DNA of 64,000 nt from Epithemia pelagica (Eukaryota > Protista > Bacillariophyta): contig OX337231.1 in the NCBI GenBank assembly GCA_946965045.2, forward strand, positions 2,046,001 to 2,110,000, in the 5' to 3' direction. The position numbers and the translations under genes are program-made. The number at the start of each line of letters is the position of its first letter. Position 1 is the stretch's first letter. The notes beneath the pieces were generated by a model, which worked only from the letters and a program-made list of their open reading frames with translations, was not told where the DNA came from and did not search any database. This document shows positions 20,375 through 32,446 of the stretch, in pieces.

Positions 20375-21421
20375 ATGAACCGCAACCACAACGCAAACAA
20401 CACCATGTCTGGGTCGCACAAGAAACAACAAGATTCCCACCAGGATGAGGATTGGAAAGACCGTGTGCATAATATGGCGGCGACACGCGATCCGAGTCCT
20501 ACGGCACCACCTCGTGTCGAACGCGATGGCTTTCATTTGTTGTGGGATTATTCGCAGCAGCATCCCATTGTCTGGGATGTCGACTGTACCTCCACCTTTC
20601 AATTCACCGACATTGTCTACCAAAAATCCAGCCAGGATCATGTGGCTCAAATTGCCTTTTGCCGTCCTCAAGTCTTGCATGCCTTTCGTCCCACAACCAT
20701 TCGAGAAATTCAACGCGCTTTGGAGGATGCCACCGACGATGCCAATGTGGCTGTGATTGTATTGACCAGTATATCACGCCCGTTTGATGGAAAGGCAACA
20801 CCCGCCTTTTGTGCTGGTGGCGATCAACGTGTGCGACGGGGTGTTGCCGGCGGATACCAAGATGGAACCGAATCGGCCCCGGCCAAATTACGCGTCTTGG
20901 ATTTGCAAATTCAAATGCGTCGGTGTCCCAAACCCATTGTGGCCGTCGTACGAGGGTATGCCATTGGAGGTGGTCATATATTGCACATGGTGGCCGATTT
21001 AACGCTGGCCAGTGACAATGCCGTATTTGGACAAACGGGACCCCGCATGGGCTCCTTTGATGCCGGATACGGATCGACGGCAGCCGTCAATCTCATGGGG
21101 ATGAAACGGGCCAAGGAACTCTGGTTCCTTTGTCGCTATTACTCGGCTCAACAAGCCTTGCAAATGGGACTCATCAATGCCGTTTTCCCCGATGACCAAT
21201 TGGAACAGGGTGTCGCCCAATGGGTTCGACGCATGGCCGGACATTCGCCCACGGCTTTGGCGTGTTGCAAGGCAGCTTGTCAAGCTGCCGTCGATGGAGA
21301 TGCTGGTATTAGTGTCATGGGTGGAGAATTGACCCGATTATTTTATCAAAGCGCCGAAGGACAAGAAGGACACAATGCCTATTTGGAAAAACGAGCGCCT
21401 CAGTTTCGAAGCAAGTTGTAG
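20375..21421 (+). CDS. menB: 1,4-dihydroxy-2-naphthoyl-CoA (naphthoate) synthase, crotonase family, with C-terminal PTS1
   Basis: AFCAGGDQ, GYAIGGGHILH, FGQTGPRMGSFDAGYG, KELWFLCRYYSAQQA, EGQEGHNAYLEKR; ends SKL. Confidence 0.95.
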   Translation: MNRNHNANNTMSGSHKKQQDSHQDEDWKDRVHNMAATRDPSPTAPPRVERDGFHLLWDYSQQHPIVWDVDCTSTFQFTDIVYQKSSQDHVAQIAFCRPQVLHAFRPTTIREIQRALEDATDDANVAVIVLTSISRPFDGKATPAFCAGGDQRVRRGVAGGYQDGTESAPAKLRVLDLQIQMRRCPKPIVAVVRGYAIGGGHILHMVADLTLASDNAVFGQTGPRMGSFDAGYGSTAAVNLMGMKRAKELWFLCRYYSAQQALQMGLINAVFPDDQLEQGVAQWVRRMAGHSPTALACCKAACQAAVDGDAGISVMGGELTRLFYQSAEGQEGHNAYLEKRAPQFRSKL

Positions 21422-22083
21422 CCACCACAAAACAACAAGGATACAAATGAGGTGGAATAGTCGTTTTGGTCAAGGGTGTGAATAAAGGAAAGTCAGGGCC
21501 ATACTTTCATGACCTCTGTATAGCACGACATGTTTTGGTGGTTAGCAGAATGGGCATTGGCAACACCGAAAATCACAATATTCGACAGTCTGTTGCAAAC
21601 GTGATTGTTGCATCTTTTCCAAGAAAAGAATGAATCGCTCTAAAGCGTTACAGGAAGTATCACACAATTGCAATAGTGGCTCAAATTACTTCCAATACAA
21701 GTATAGGGCGAACTTTCAAGTACTACTTATTGAGCAAATGCCGCTCCGTTGCCTTCCAATGAACCAATCTGAGATCTTCCCTATCGGAACGATCATTCAA
21801 AAAGACGACATTGAGTGATAAAAATGTGGTGTTATGAATTCATTGTGTGTTGTTGTTGATGATGATGATGACGACTGATATCTATGTAGTAAATACTTTC
21901 ACAAGGTTTTTCAACGAGTGCTGTGGGTATGAATTCTGCTGTTTCCTTCTTCTTCGTTTTTCGGTTCTTACATCTGCTTGCTTCTCTCGGATGGACATAC
22001 ATGTACAAGGATCTGACTAGGTCTTAATCCTGGTAAAAGGAGTAGCTTGTCAAAGGAATGCCGATTTGGACATAGAAGACTCC

Positions 22084-22734
22084 TCAAATGGCGCATTCCA
22101 CCCTCAAAAGCCAGTAGGCCTTTTCACTGTCGGTTTCGACTGTTACTTCCACTGAACTAAGTCCATTGACAGAAAAGGAAATGGATCCAAGACCCTCTGT
22201 GATTGGTCCTGTTGAGGTAATTGGAGTTCCGTCGGGGGCATCAAAGGAGATCTCTCCACCGTACTTGAACAAGTAATAGGGGACATTGATGGTACCGGCA
22301 GTCGGGCTCAGTTGGACCCGAAATCTGGTTATGCTATCCTCTTTTGGTGAAGGAGATTCAATACGTGTACCACAGGGGATAACATCGAGAGGCGTCGGAC
22401 TGGAGGACGGTACATCACTCGGCATGCTGGATGGTGAAGTGGATGGACTGGTCGATGGAGAGGTACTGGGAGTCCTCGATGGGGACGACGACGGTGTCAC
22501 AGACGGGTAATCACTGGGAGAGCTCGATGGAAATCCTGTTGTTGGAGAAACAGTTGGCACCGAAGTTGGTGCGATCGTGTCCATCCCCATGCGCATATTC
22601 ATATCGTTTTGCAACCGCCGACGATGTGACTGCGCACTGTTGTGAATGCTGTTGCGACCACGTCTCATTGCTTCGGCCGTAACACCAAGCAAAGCGAGGA
22701 CGAGAAACGCCCTGTTAACATATTGCGTAATCAT
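22084..22734 (-). CDS. Secreted Ser/Pro/Thr-repeat protein with small C-terminal beta domain (216 aa)
   Basis: Signal-peptide-like start (RAFLVLALLGVTAEA), HRRRLQ processing-like site, and PSxxPS repeats typical of diatom extracellular proteins. Confidence 0.7.
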   Translation of the reverse strand: MITQYVNRAFLVLALLGVTAEAMRRGRNSIHNSAQSHRRRLQNDMNMRMGMDTIAPTSVPTVSPTTGFPSSSPSDYPSVTPSSSPSRTPSTSPSTSPSTSPSSMPSDVPSSSPTPLDVIPCGTRIESPSPKEDSITRFRVQLSPTAGTINVPYYLFKYGGEISFDAPDGTPITSTGPITEGLGSISFSVNGLSSVEVTVETDSEKAYWLLRVECAI

Positions 22735-23741
22735 GGCGACTGTTGTCGTTGATGATGGACAAGAACCAGAAGGGGGACGATGGGTCTATCGTAATGAAGC
22801 ACTTGCAATATGTAAGAAAATTCATTCAGACCACTAAACGGACCGAGCAATTTGGCTTGTAGGACCCTCGAGTGTTCAACGGATCTACCTAATCTGGCGA
22901 TGGCGCAACTCGCGTTCCGCCAATCTTCTGGTAGGTCTGGTCCCCCAAAGTCCCCCTACACGCGTACAACTTATGCCAGAGGTGCCCGAATAAATACAAG
23001 TGTCTAAGAAATCGTTCTGGAAGGACCAAAACAATCGCGCGTTAAATTTATATAGGGAACTGGCGATGAAGTACGATTATCAACGTAAAGAATACTTAGA
23101 CAAAATGCCCAACGCGCGCCCATAATTATGCGCGCATTCGGACCTTACTTTTTGCGAGGTTCGCACTCCGGCCACAAATCCACAAACGCAAGGACTTCAG
23201 ATGAATGTGGTTGTGAACTGTGAAACATGTGTTTTTACTGGACGGGGAGCTATTCCTGTTTTGCTTCGTTCATACTCTCATCGTCAATGCAACGCAAGTC
23301 TACGGGAGTACCGAATCCACCAAAGACTATGCACTGACACAACGTTCTGAGTCCCTTGATGATGGGTCAACTGCGGCGCATGTTGATGGAAACAACCATG
23401 TCTACCGGTAGACTAGATAAGAATACCACCTCCACGTCTCTACGAGTTTTCCGAAAAATCGCGCTTTATCTCACATTTTATCCATAGAGAGACAGTCAGT
23501 GGCCATAACGTCGTGCCAAAGGGTAACAGACACAACAGACCTCTCTTTTCATTGGTCGCGGATAAAAATCGTGCCATGAGTTTCGTGATTAGAGGAATGA
23601 TGATGGATCGAAGTCACGTGAATAGAGACAAGATGTTCCTCCAACCCTTTCGACAAACGTTCCCACAGAACTTGACAAGAGACCACCAAGACAGCGTCCG
23701 GAGTGTCTAACGATTTCTCGTTCCTAGAAGCCAGCGCCGCC

Positions 23742-25108
23742 ATGACCAGCAAAAACGAAGATTCCTCGAATGGAAACAAGATACCATATCCACCCGGTCC
23801 AGAATCCGTCAAGCTCATAGAAGCAACCCGCAAAACGGTTGCCCAAACTACCTATGCCGGCTTGTATGGCATTGCGTTGACAGGAGGAAGTGGGCCCTAT
23901 GTCCAAGATGCCGATGGCAACGAGTACATTGACTGCCTGGGAGCAGCATCCGTCAATATTCTGGGATACAAACATTCCGAAATGATATCCGCCATCTCGG
24001 AGTAAATGAACATTATGCACAATGAAGGTCTCATTTATGGGCCATCTCCAACGGCAGCTGCTCTCGCCGAAGCACTGATTGAGATTGCTCCAGGAAAAGG
24101 GCCCCAACGAGTCATGTTTGGCGAAAGCGGGTCCTCGAGCAACGACGGAGCGATTGAAGCCGTCCGTCGCAAAACACAAAAGTTGGGTATCATTCACTTT
24201 GAGAATGCCTATCATGGTTCCACTGGCCTCTCGCAGCCGGCTTCTCAATACGGAAATCTTGATGATGGTATCTACCCGAGTGATAACATTCTGTTTGAAC
24301 AAGTACCATTCCCCACCACAGAAGAAACAGCGGCTACAGTTCTCGCTCAGGTACAAGCACTTCTCTCCACGGGATTGTACGGCGGCTTTATTGCCGAAAT
24401 CTACCAGGCGTCCAAATGCCACCGGCAAGTTTCTTTCCGTCCCTCATTCAAGTGCTTCATGACGTTGGTGCCTATTTGATTGCCGATGAAGTCCAAAGTG
24501 GAATGGGACGTACGGGTACTCACTGGTGGGCCTGTGACCATGTTGGTATTGTACCGGATATCTTGGTCTGTGGCAAGGGCCTCGCGGCAGGATATGCACC
24601 CATTTCGGCAGCCATTGGGCGGGTCGACCTAGTACAGGCTCTGCAACCGGGACAACAGGCTTTTAGCCTGGCGGGTCATACCCTCAGTGCACGAGCAGCA
24701 CTCACGACAATTGGTGTGATCCAGAAAGAACAATACCTGGAACGTAATTCCCAGGTTGGTCAAGAGCTCCTCGACGGCTTTGCCGCCATCCAAAACGACT
24801 TTCCTGGTGTCATTGCAGAGGTACGAGGACAGGGCCTCATGATTGGGGTAGAGATCCACGACTACAAGAATTCCTTTGCCTTGTCGGGGGGCCAGATCTT
24901 TGCCGCCCGCGGTGTTTCGCTGGGAGTGTACTTTGGCTACTTTGGTGTCAACCATCAAGTCCTGCGGGTCGAGCCATCGTTTTTGCTCAGTAATGCCGAT
25001 GTTAAAGTAATCCTTCAAGTTTCGCGCCAAGTTGCCCAGGAGATGCATGACAACACCGTCCCCATACAAGTTTTGGAACAGCTCAGAAAGTACTCCGTTG
25101 GACTCTAA
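23742..25108 (+). pseudogene. Class-III PLP aminotransferase (4-aminobutyrate aminotransferase / racemase-like), disrupted
   Basis: GPYVQDADGNEYIDCLG, FGESGSSSND, AYHGST, LIADEVQSGMGRTG, PDILVCGKG, VRGQGLMIGVE are spread over three ORFs. There is an in-frame TAA at 24003-24005 and a frameshift near 24400-24415. Confidence 0.8.
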
Positions 25109-25469
25109 TAATAGAGCTTTCGAGCTGTGCTTGTGCGTCGGCTTCCGAGCAACCACTCACAACGTCCAAGTTTTATTTGAGTGTCGTATAAATGTTAAAA
25201 AAAGAACCCCTCTTGATAGGACCGACAGTGCCGTAGTACTTTTAGGACCAAAGTTGGGGTTTCACATGGACACTATATCATTACGATTCTTCTTATGGTT
25301 CTAACTGGGATTTGGTTCGGTTCATCATTGGATTATGTGTTCTTTTGGGGGACTGTAACATGAAGGTGTGTGTTTTGTTCGTTTGTTGTACGTGTGCGTG
25401 TGAGTGGCAGGATTCCTCGATACCACGAAGCCTCTGCTGCCACGAGGAAATTTCCTCTTTCTCTCGATC

Positions 25470-27971
25470 TTAGACCATGGAAAGAGCGGCAGTCTTGTTG
25501 GATGCATGGCTGCTGTGATTGGAAAGTGCCGTGTAGGGAGAATGGCGACTGCCCGTGTACGGTCCATTCGTATTGCTGCTGCTACCCGATGACGACGACA
25601 AGCTGGCCAATAAGCGTTCACCCACTTCGGGCAACAAATAGGAGGAATGCGACGGATTGAACCGATCCCAGGTATTGCCCACAAATCCCTTGTACCAGGG
25701 ATTCTTGTATTTGCGATTCAAGACGTTGGCCGAAGGAATGCGAGGATTGGCTGGTTGTGGGTCGGTCGTTCCATTGGAATCGGCCGCCTCGGGGTCGTCG
25801 CCAAACATGGACGACGACGACGACGTCGTGGAAGAAGACGTGGTCCACAGATAATCGTATTTTTGCAAATTCAAGTGTTCATTGGTCGTGAGATTGAGCA
25901 AGGTCAATTGGGTATGATAAATCAAGAGGGACCCGGTCATGAGAATGTGAAGGGGCAAGTACAAGGCCAAAATCCACAATCCAGTCGAAATGGTGGTCGT
26001 GTCGGACCGTCCCACATATTTGCACCACAAAACAATATGTTGCACAAAGTACCAGGTCATGGTCAAGAGGAACAGGTAAAACCACTTGTAATTGTACAAG
26101 CCAATCGTATTGCCCACAAAGGGACAATTGTGATCAAACAGCAAGACACAAGTACCCGTGGCACGATCGTGTTTGGATCGCGGAGGACGGGCAATGTGAC
26201 AGGTATGACACAATTGCAACTTGGACCGTCCACTACTACCAGTGGTCATGGCATAACTGGCCAAGGTTTCTCCATACAAGCGTCGCCAATGATCAATTTC
26301 GGGACAGGAATCATCCAATCGTCCGGGATTGGTCGTTTGACACTTGTACAGGGCATAGATACACGTGACAATGAGGGTGGTTTGCAAGACGTGCAGGGTG
26401 GTACAATCCCACAAGAGGCCATGTCCCAAATCAAACACGGGACAATACACGGCAAAGTGGAACCACACATTCAAGATCACTTGGGCAAAGACGTAGTAAT
26501 TGGGAAAGGCCGGTGCGACTTCCATGGGATCATCCAATCCAGTGGGAATGCCCAACCAGGTTTTCCATCGATGACGGGAACACAACCAATCGACCACGAC
26601 GGTTTGAAACAAGAGACGCCAGGCCGCCTTGTTGCCGGCCAAGCGACCCACACTGGAACCGGCCGAAGTGGGAGACGACGAGGCCGCCAAGAGTTGCAAG
26701 GTTCGTTCCGTTTGTTGCAATCGTGTCGCGGTATGCTGCTTCTTTTTGTGTACGGCCAATTCGTACGGTGTACGACCATTCTTGTCGGGCAAGGCCAAGA
26801 GAGCCAAGGCTTGACGGCGACGACGACCTTGTTCTTCCTTTTGGATGAGGCCATTATTGGGACCGACAATTTGATTCAAAATGTATTGACACGCGACCGA
26901 ATGACCGCGCAAGGCCGCCAAATGCAAGGGCGTTTGCCCATAGGCATCGGGTTTTTGCAACATGCTCACGGCGGGCGTATTCGTATGATTCGACGAATCA
27001 TGTTGTTTTTCGTAATAGGCCAACAATCCCAAAACGGCCGCCGATCCCTTGTAGGCGGCCCAATGCGTGGCACTGTCGCCACTGTCATCGACCGCATCCA
27101 AGCGCGCCTGGAATTGATGGACCAAAAAGGCCACAGTTTCGACATGACCATGTTGCGCGGCCAACAAGAGGGGCGTACATCCACTGGCATCGCGGGCTTC
27201 CAACAAGGCGACATTGTGGGGTGGAGAGGACGCACTACTGCTGTTGTTGCTGGTCGTAGTACCTCCTTCGGAAATGGGTGGTTGATAGGTGAGCATGTAT
27301 TGAATAATGGGAAAGGATTCCGGTTCGGTACAGGCCCAATGCAAGGGTGTCATGCCGGTATTGTCCGTCGTTTTGGTGAGTGGATCAATGTAGGGCAACC
27401 ACAATTGGACAAAGCGCAAATCCTCGGTTCGTTTGGCCGCCCAATGCAACAGGGTATGACCTTCTCGGGTCGGTTGCGGAGCCAAGCGTTCCAAGGTTTC
27501 GTGCACAACAGCTTTGCCCGCAAAGTCTTGCCAGGCGGTATGCAATTCCATCAAGGTCCCATAGCGACCCATTTTGGTCAAGAGGGTCATGGCACCGAGT
27601 ATGTTTTCCACCGGTTGTTGACGCACATAGTCGGCCGGCGGCATTTGAAAGCCCACCACGGGCATGCGAGCTGGACCGGCATGTTGATGACAACAGGGAC
27701 GATGCTGATGTTGATGCTGATGTTGTTGTTGACTGAGAACGGCATGATATTGACTCAAGGCATCCAATTGCGTGGAAACCGGCATGGGTTGGTTCGGCTT
27801 GTTGTTGGCGTCGCTATTGTTGTTGTTGTTCTTGTTCTTGGTGGCACCCAATTCCACATCGCCTGCGGTATCTTCGTGCGAGCAACATCCCTTGTCGCAC
27901 TCACTAGAGTTGTTGTTCTTGTTCTTGTTGGACGACAAGAGCGTTCCGCCCGTCAAGGTAATTTCTTGCAT
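25470..27971 (-). CDS. Ankyrin-repeat DHHC-type protein S-acyltransferase (Akr1 / ZDHHC13/17-like)
   Basis: Ankyrin repeats (GHTLLHWAA, GMTPLHWAC, GCTPLLLAA, GDSATHWAA, GQTPLHLAA), TM helices, CHTCHIARPPRSKH...FDHNCPFVGNTIG, and the LTTNE motif. Confidence 0.92.
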   Translation of the reverse strand: MQEITLTGGTLLSSNKNKNNNSSECDKGCCSHEDTAGDVELGATKNKNNNNNSDANNKPNQPMPVSTQLDALSQYHAVLSQQQHQHQHQHRPCCHQHAGPARMPVVGFQMPPADYVRQQPVENILGAMTLLTKMGRYGTLMELHTAWQDFAGKAVVHETLERLAPQPTREGHTLLHWAAKRTEDLRFVQLWLPYIDPLTKTTDNTGMTPLHWACTEPESFPIIQYMLTYQPPISEGGTTTSNNSSSASSPPHNVALLEARDASGCTPLLLAAQHGHVETVAFLVHQFQARLDAVDDSGDSATHWAAYKGSAAVLGLLAYYEKQHDSSNHTNTPAVSMLQKPDAYGQTPLHLAALRGHSVACQYILNQIVGPNNGLIQKEEQGRRRRQALALLALPDKNGRTPYELAVHKKKQHTATRLQQTERTLQLLAASSSPTSAGSSVGRLAGNKAAWRLLFQTVVVDWLCSRHRWKTWLGIPTGLDDPMEVAPAFPNYYVFAQVILNVWFHFAVYCPVFDLGHGLLWDCTTLHVLQTTLIVTCIYALYKCQTTNPGRLDDSCPEIDHWRRLYGETLASYAMTTGSSGRSKLQLCHTCHIARPPRSKHDRATGTCVLLFDHNCPFVGNTIGLYNYKWFYLFLLTMTWYFVQHIVLWCKYVGRSDTTTISTGLWILALYLPLHILMTGSLLIYHTQLTLLNLTTNEHLNLQKYDYLWTTSSSTTSSSSSMFGDDPEAADSNGTTDPQPANPRIPSANVLNRKYKNPWYKGFVGNTWDRFNPSHSSYLLPEVGERLLASLSSSSGSSSNTNGPYTGSRHSPYTALSNHSSHASNKTAALSMV

Positions 27972-30900
27972 CCTGCAATTGTGGTTCTGTCGACTGGATT
28001 CTTGGTGGCGTTTGTTTGTTCTGCTAGAAAGGACGAGGGTGGCGTGGCACTCAGCTCTCCCAGAATCCCAATAGAAAGGAACAAAAAAGTCTTAAAGGAT
28101 TGGCAACGCTCTGCGAAACGAGCACCAACACTGGTCTCCAAACGATTTTTGTGGCACACACGACGACGCTTCGTGTGGTTGCGATTGCTGTCGCTGTCGG
28201 TTCGGAACAAGCTTGGATCTTGCTTCCGCTCACTCTGTTTCTTCAAGAGGTGTCTCTCTCTATGGACAGACGAGAGTCTGATACAACCAAAGAAACTCAA
28301 TGAAGGCAAAACAGAATTCAAGAAAGCAGCGATACAGAAGAGGGGAATGCGGAAGATATGACCCAGTAGATCCTCGTAGCCTTAGTACATTTGGGAAGAA
28401 ATGCACGTAGGATCTCAGTACCCAGTACTCTAGGGATAATAACCTAATGTGGCAGCAAAGACAGCCATGGGGAAAGACATACAAATCTAGAATAAAGCTC
28501 ACCAGAAGCGAGAGCGCGAGTTGCGGACGCAAGATCTTGTCTGGTTCAAAATCCCTGGCGTCCTTGTATTCGTTGTCACAATTGTAAATTTATGGTTTGT
28601 TGGAACATGCCACGCTCAGAGATGTTTCCCGTCATTGGTTCGGTGGTACACCCGCGAGTTCTTGCACGAATTTTAGGGTTGATTTCTTGGGCGATTCAAT
28701 GGCATTGGAAGATCGGATTTATCTCGAGCTACGTGTTGAAAGGCCTTTCCAATGGGATCTCTAGAATAGTGGAGGGCCTCGCTAGCAATAGGCCTGACTT
28801 CTCTCTCTCTCTAGCAACAGACAACATGTTGTGTTCATCCACCTTCTTGCTTGGTCTCTAGTAGAGAGATAACACAAACTACTACACCTATGAGAGTACC
28901 ACACTCATGCTCTTTCGGGGTGCGCCAGAGCGATTGCAGGATTATCGCTGACATGCTCCTACCTGCCTAGGTAGTTTGTCACAGTCGCTGTGGGGCCGAA
29001 CCAACCGAAACAGCGCTCCTCCTGTCAAACGGGGACAGCATACAACCATCTGCCTCTAGTAGAGTAAATGCCACGGGCGTTGGAGCGAGAGGGGAGGAAA
29101 TCGTGGAAGGAACCAACGGATGCCTTGTATATTGTGATCCCTGCGTCTTCTGGGGGGATGACGAGATTGGTCTTTTTCTCCAAGGAGTCTAGAGCCAGAG
29201 AAAGACCAAGTAGTAGGATGAGGATTGTTCTTGTTGTCCAAATGTCTACCCGCTCGACATTTGTTTGCCCCTTTCAATTAGAAAATGTTGTTGCTGTTGC
29301 TGTTGTTGCTGGAGGTAGTGACGAGCCCCTGCATTCTACCAGCTTGTCTCCTGGTGTATGGATGGCTCGACTCGACGTATCCTCCTCTTGGTTGTGTTCG
29401 ATTCCTGTTGGCAGTCTAGGTAGTCCATTTGGGGTGGTCTTTCTCTCTCGCGACAATCATCACAGTGTCGCTTCTGTTTCGTGTTTCGTCATTCCTCTCT
29501 TGCTGTTTTTCGGATTGGTCACTGAATGACAAAAAAAGTCTTGGCGGCGGCGGCAACTATCATAGGACAGTCGAGCCACTCCCGCATTCCAACGACGACG
29601 ACAACGACTCGTATGGGGTGTCACAGAACGTGAAACCATATCGGTGCGGCATGCCTTTTTCTTTGCAACGATCATAGAGCATCCATGGATCCTGTCCTCC
29701 TCCTCGTGGAGGACGAACCGTGTGTGTGTGTGGTTGGACTTGTGGTAGTTGCGGCCGTATCGTATCCCATTCCTACTAGAGAATAGAATAGATGCGCTCT
29801 CCACCCCGCCCTCAACGAGAACCATTGTCCTTTCCGTCGTGGCAAAACAAAGAGTCGTCTTTGTTCGACGTCCAAACCGTGACACGGATTTCACCTGTCC
29901 TCTTCGAGACCCTCCTACCAAACTCCCTCCCATTTTCGGACTGTTGGATTATTATGTGTTTTCACAAAGAGTCCTCCTCCTCACTGGATGTGTGTCATCG
30001 AATGTATACAGTCCGACCATGGGCAGAACGTGTTTGGAGGACTCCCGCTGTTTGCAGATCCACTATCGATTCCCAATTGTCTTGCTCTGCGCAAAGATGA
30101 CATGGCAAATCAAGACCTGATGTGTTCTCCTTTGATTGTCGCTTCTCCAGAGAATGGCACATATACTTGAGTAACGAGATGAGGTCACCCACTCCTCCCA
30201 TGTCCTTGCAACCTTACCACATCACCTGTTCCGTGTCCACTATTCTCTGGTCGAGGCGCAACTGATGAGAGGGAACTTGGCATTGAAAGGCATTCAATGG
30301 CATGCTCGAGGAAAAAAGGTGAACTCTCACAATCACATGACGCAACGCCTCTTGATGCCATTCGACAGAAACCATGCTTCTCTCTCTTGCATCTTGCTGT
30401 CCTCGTCCGATGATTCATCCAACCATGACATGCAATCAGGATTCTTCCTTCGCCTGCTTTTGCTTGATCTTACTGCTCTTGTCCGAAACTCACAAAAGAA
30501 TGTATGGCAAACCTTCCTCACTTATTCTCGCAAGGAACAGCGGATGACACCATCTTGTGATGTTGAGGAAGGCTTCAACATTTCACCATTTCTGTGTACG
30601 CCATCTTGAAAAAGGTTCCAAACGACTGTGTTTCGCATCCAACCATTCCTCGCGACATGGGCTTTGTGGTACGGTCAAATGGTCTACTAGTCCACACACA
30701 GCCTGTCCTCCTTCTTCTTCGTGATACATGAGGCGATTCTTCGCAGTGGGAAGTGGGACTTGGAAACTACCGCGCATGATGATCCTGCACATTTCCTCAA
30801 CACTTGCGCTTTGTCTCGTGTTGACAATGATACTCATGGTCCATTTCTTCTAGGAGTATTTGACATTGATGTACCACCACCGTCCGGATGGCGAGAGAGT

Positions 30901-31222
30901 TGAACACTTTTGGAAATTTGTATTGTCGCGACTGTGACGGCACCTCTTGAGCAGAACAAAACGACGTCATTCTCCATCACCCGAAATCAAGATCTAAAAT
31001 GTCAGTCCTCGTACGTCAAAAGATATGGTTCCCCCGGCCTCTTTCCTACGAGTGAAATGATGATGGTTGCGATAGCGCCGTTGGAGATACCAGGAACTAT
31101 TCGTTTGGATCTACGTTCATACGAAGTAATCAAGTGCTATTTCAGAAAGTGTGTTTTAAAGTGTTACGCGCAGATACAATGTCCCATCCATGCACCAAGA
31201 GTTCCAAGCCAGACTTGAACGC

Positions 31223-31668
31223 TTAGTTGCCAGCGGCACGTTGCTTCATGTATTCTTCGAAAGAAGGAGCTTCGTGGATGGATTTGCGGGAGTCTTCGTG
31301 TTCAAAGGCAGGTCCGACTTCACGGGTGTAGTCTTCACCACCCATGGACCAGCCCATTTCGGCGGCTTGTTCCCAGTCAGCCTTTTCGTTGTAGACGGCG
31401 GTCTTGAAAGCAGGCTTGGCGGCAGGGGCAAAGGCCGAAGCACTGGCGAAAAGAGCGGCGAGGACGAGGAACTTGTTCTGTCATTAACACAAGATCCAAA
31501 AAGATACGTAATGACCAGTGAGAAAGAGATCTTTCAACTTGTTTCCATCAACAGAACCCGCAAAGCGCCATCACAGCCCACTATTCTATCACTCTGGATC
31601 TGCTTATTCATCCACCCGTCTCATACTTCAGGATAACTCGTCTCTTTTCGTTAGCCATGACTTACCAT
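31223..31668 (-). CDS. Small (85 aa) plastid-targeted protein of unknown function; 3-nt first exon + intron 31478-31665
   Basis: ATG (31666-31668), then GTAAGT...TAATGACAG, then NKFLVLAALFASASAFAPAAKPAFKTAVYNEKADWEQAAEMGWSMGGEDYTREVGPAFEHEDSRKSIHEAPSFEEYMKQRAAGN*. It carries the canonical ASAFAP bipartite presequence. Confidence 0.85.
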
Positions 31669-32446
31669 TTTGATGTGATGAATTCTTCACACTTGAATTT
31701 GTGTTGTCGTTCGAACGACGAAAAAAGCGGCGAAAGACAACAATCGTTCCATACGGGTGACGTACGTCGATCAAACAGCGTCAGTCAGTGGCCACCACCA
31801 CGAGGACGCAGTACTCTTGCGCGCACATTGACAGTTCGGCCAAAGCAATCCACGGTACACATTCGACATATACAAACTCCATCCTGTGGTGGTTGACGAC
31901 GACAGATGGCAGACGCATGTGAAAGATATAGGAGTAAGCGCGACCCGCTGCTGATCGATGGGTCACGAATAGAAAGAGGTCGTGGGTTTACAAGACTGGA
32001 ATATTTGACAGGCATCGATCTACTCCAAGGCATGGGGCTAGATTGTTCCCCAAAGGCTCCTAATCGGATTCTTCGTTGGTCTTCAGCATTTGATTGAACA
32101 AGGATCACGAAACGTACGAGGTATTCAAAACTGGACAATGTGCCAACCCATTCGATCGAAGCAGCGCACGACTCCGAGGGTTAGGGTATTGTGCCCTTGT
32201 TCTGTTGACCTCGTCCAAGAAGGCTCCTAGGATCATACCAGACAAGATTTCGCCGTTGATACAGCTTCTAGAATTGCAATAACGCCAATGATGCATGTCA
32301 CAAGGTTGTAGTTCTTTGGGCGGATTCAATCGTACGCACGACTTTTCCTTTCAATACACTACCTACAATTCGTGAGGAAACGGATACACAAAAGATTAAA
32401 TAAGCAAGCACGTTAGATACCACTGACCAAGTTCCATCCACCGAGC

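Noticed and set aside
23114-23135. Near-palindrome GCGCG-CC-CATAATTATG-CGCGC
   Set aside because: Single, short and bulged; no context to assign a function.
25647-28361. 904-aa + strand ORF
   Set aside because: Antisense shadow of the ankyrin-DHHC gene, with no recognisable motifs. Such shadows arise from codon bias.
29990-31100. Possible decayed gene on the minus strand
   Set aside because: Stop spacing (~20 codons) is what random sequence gives.
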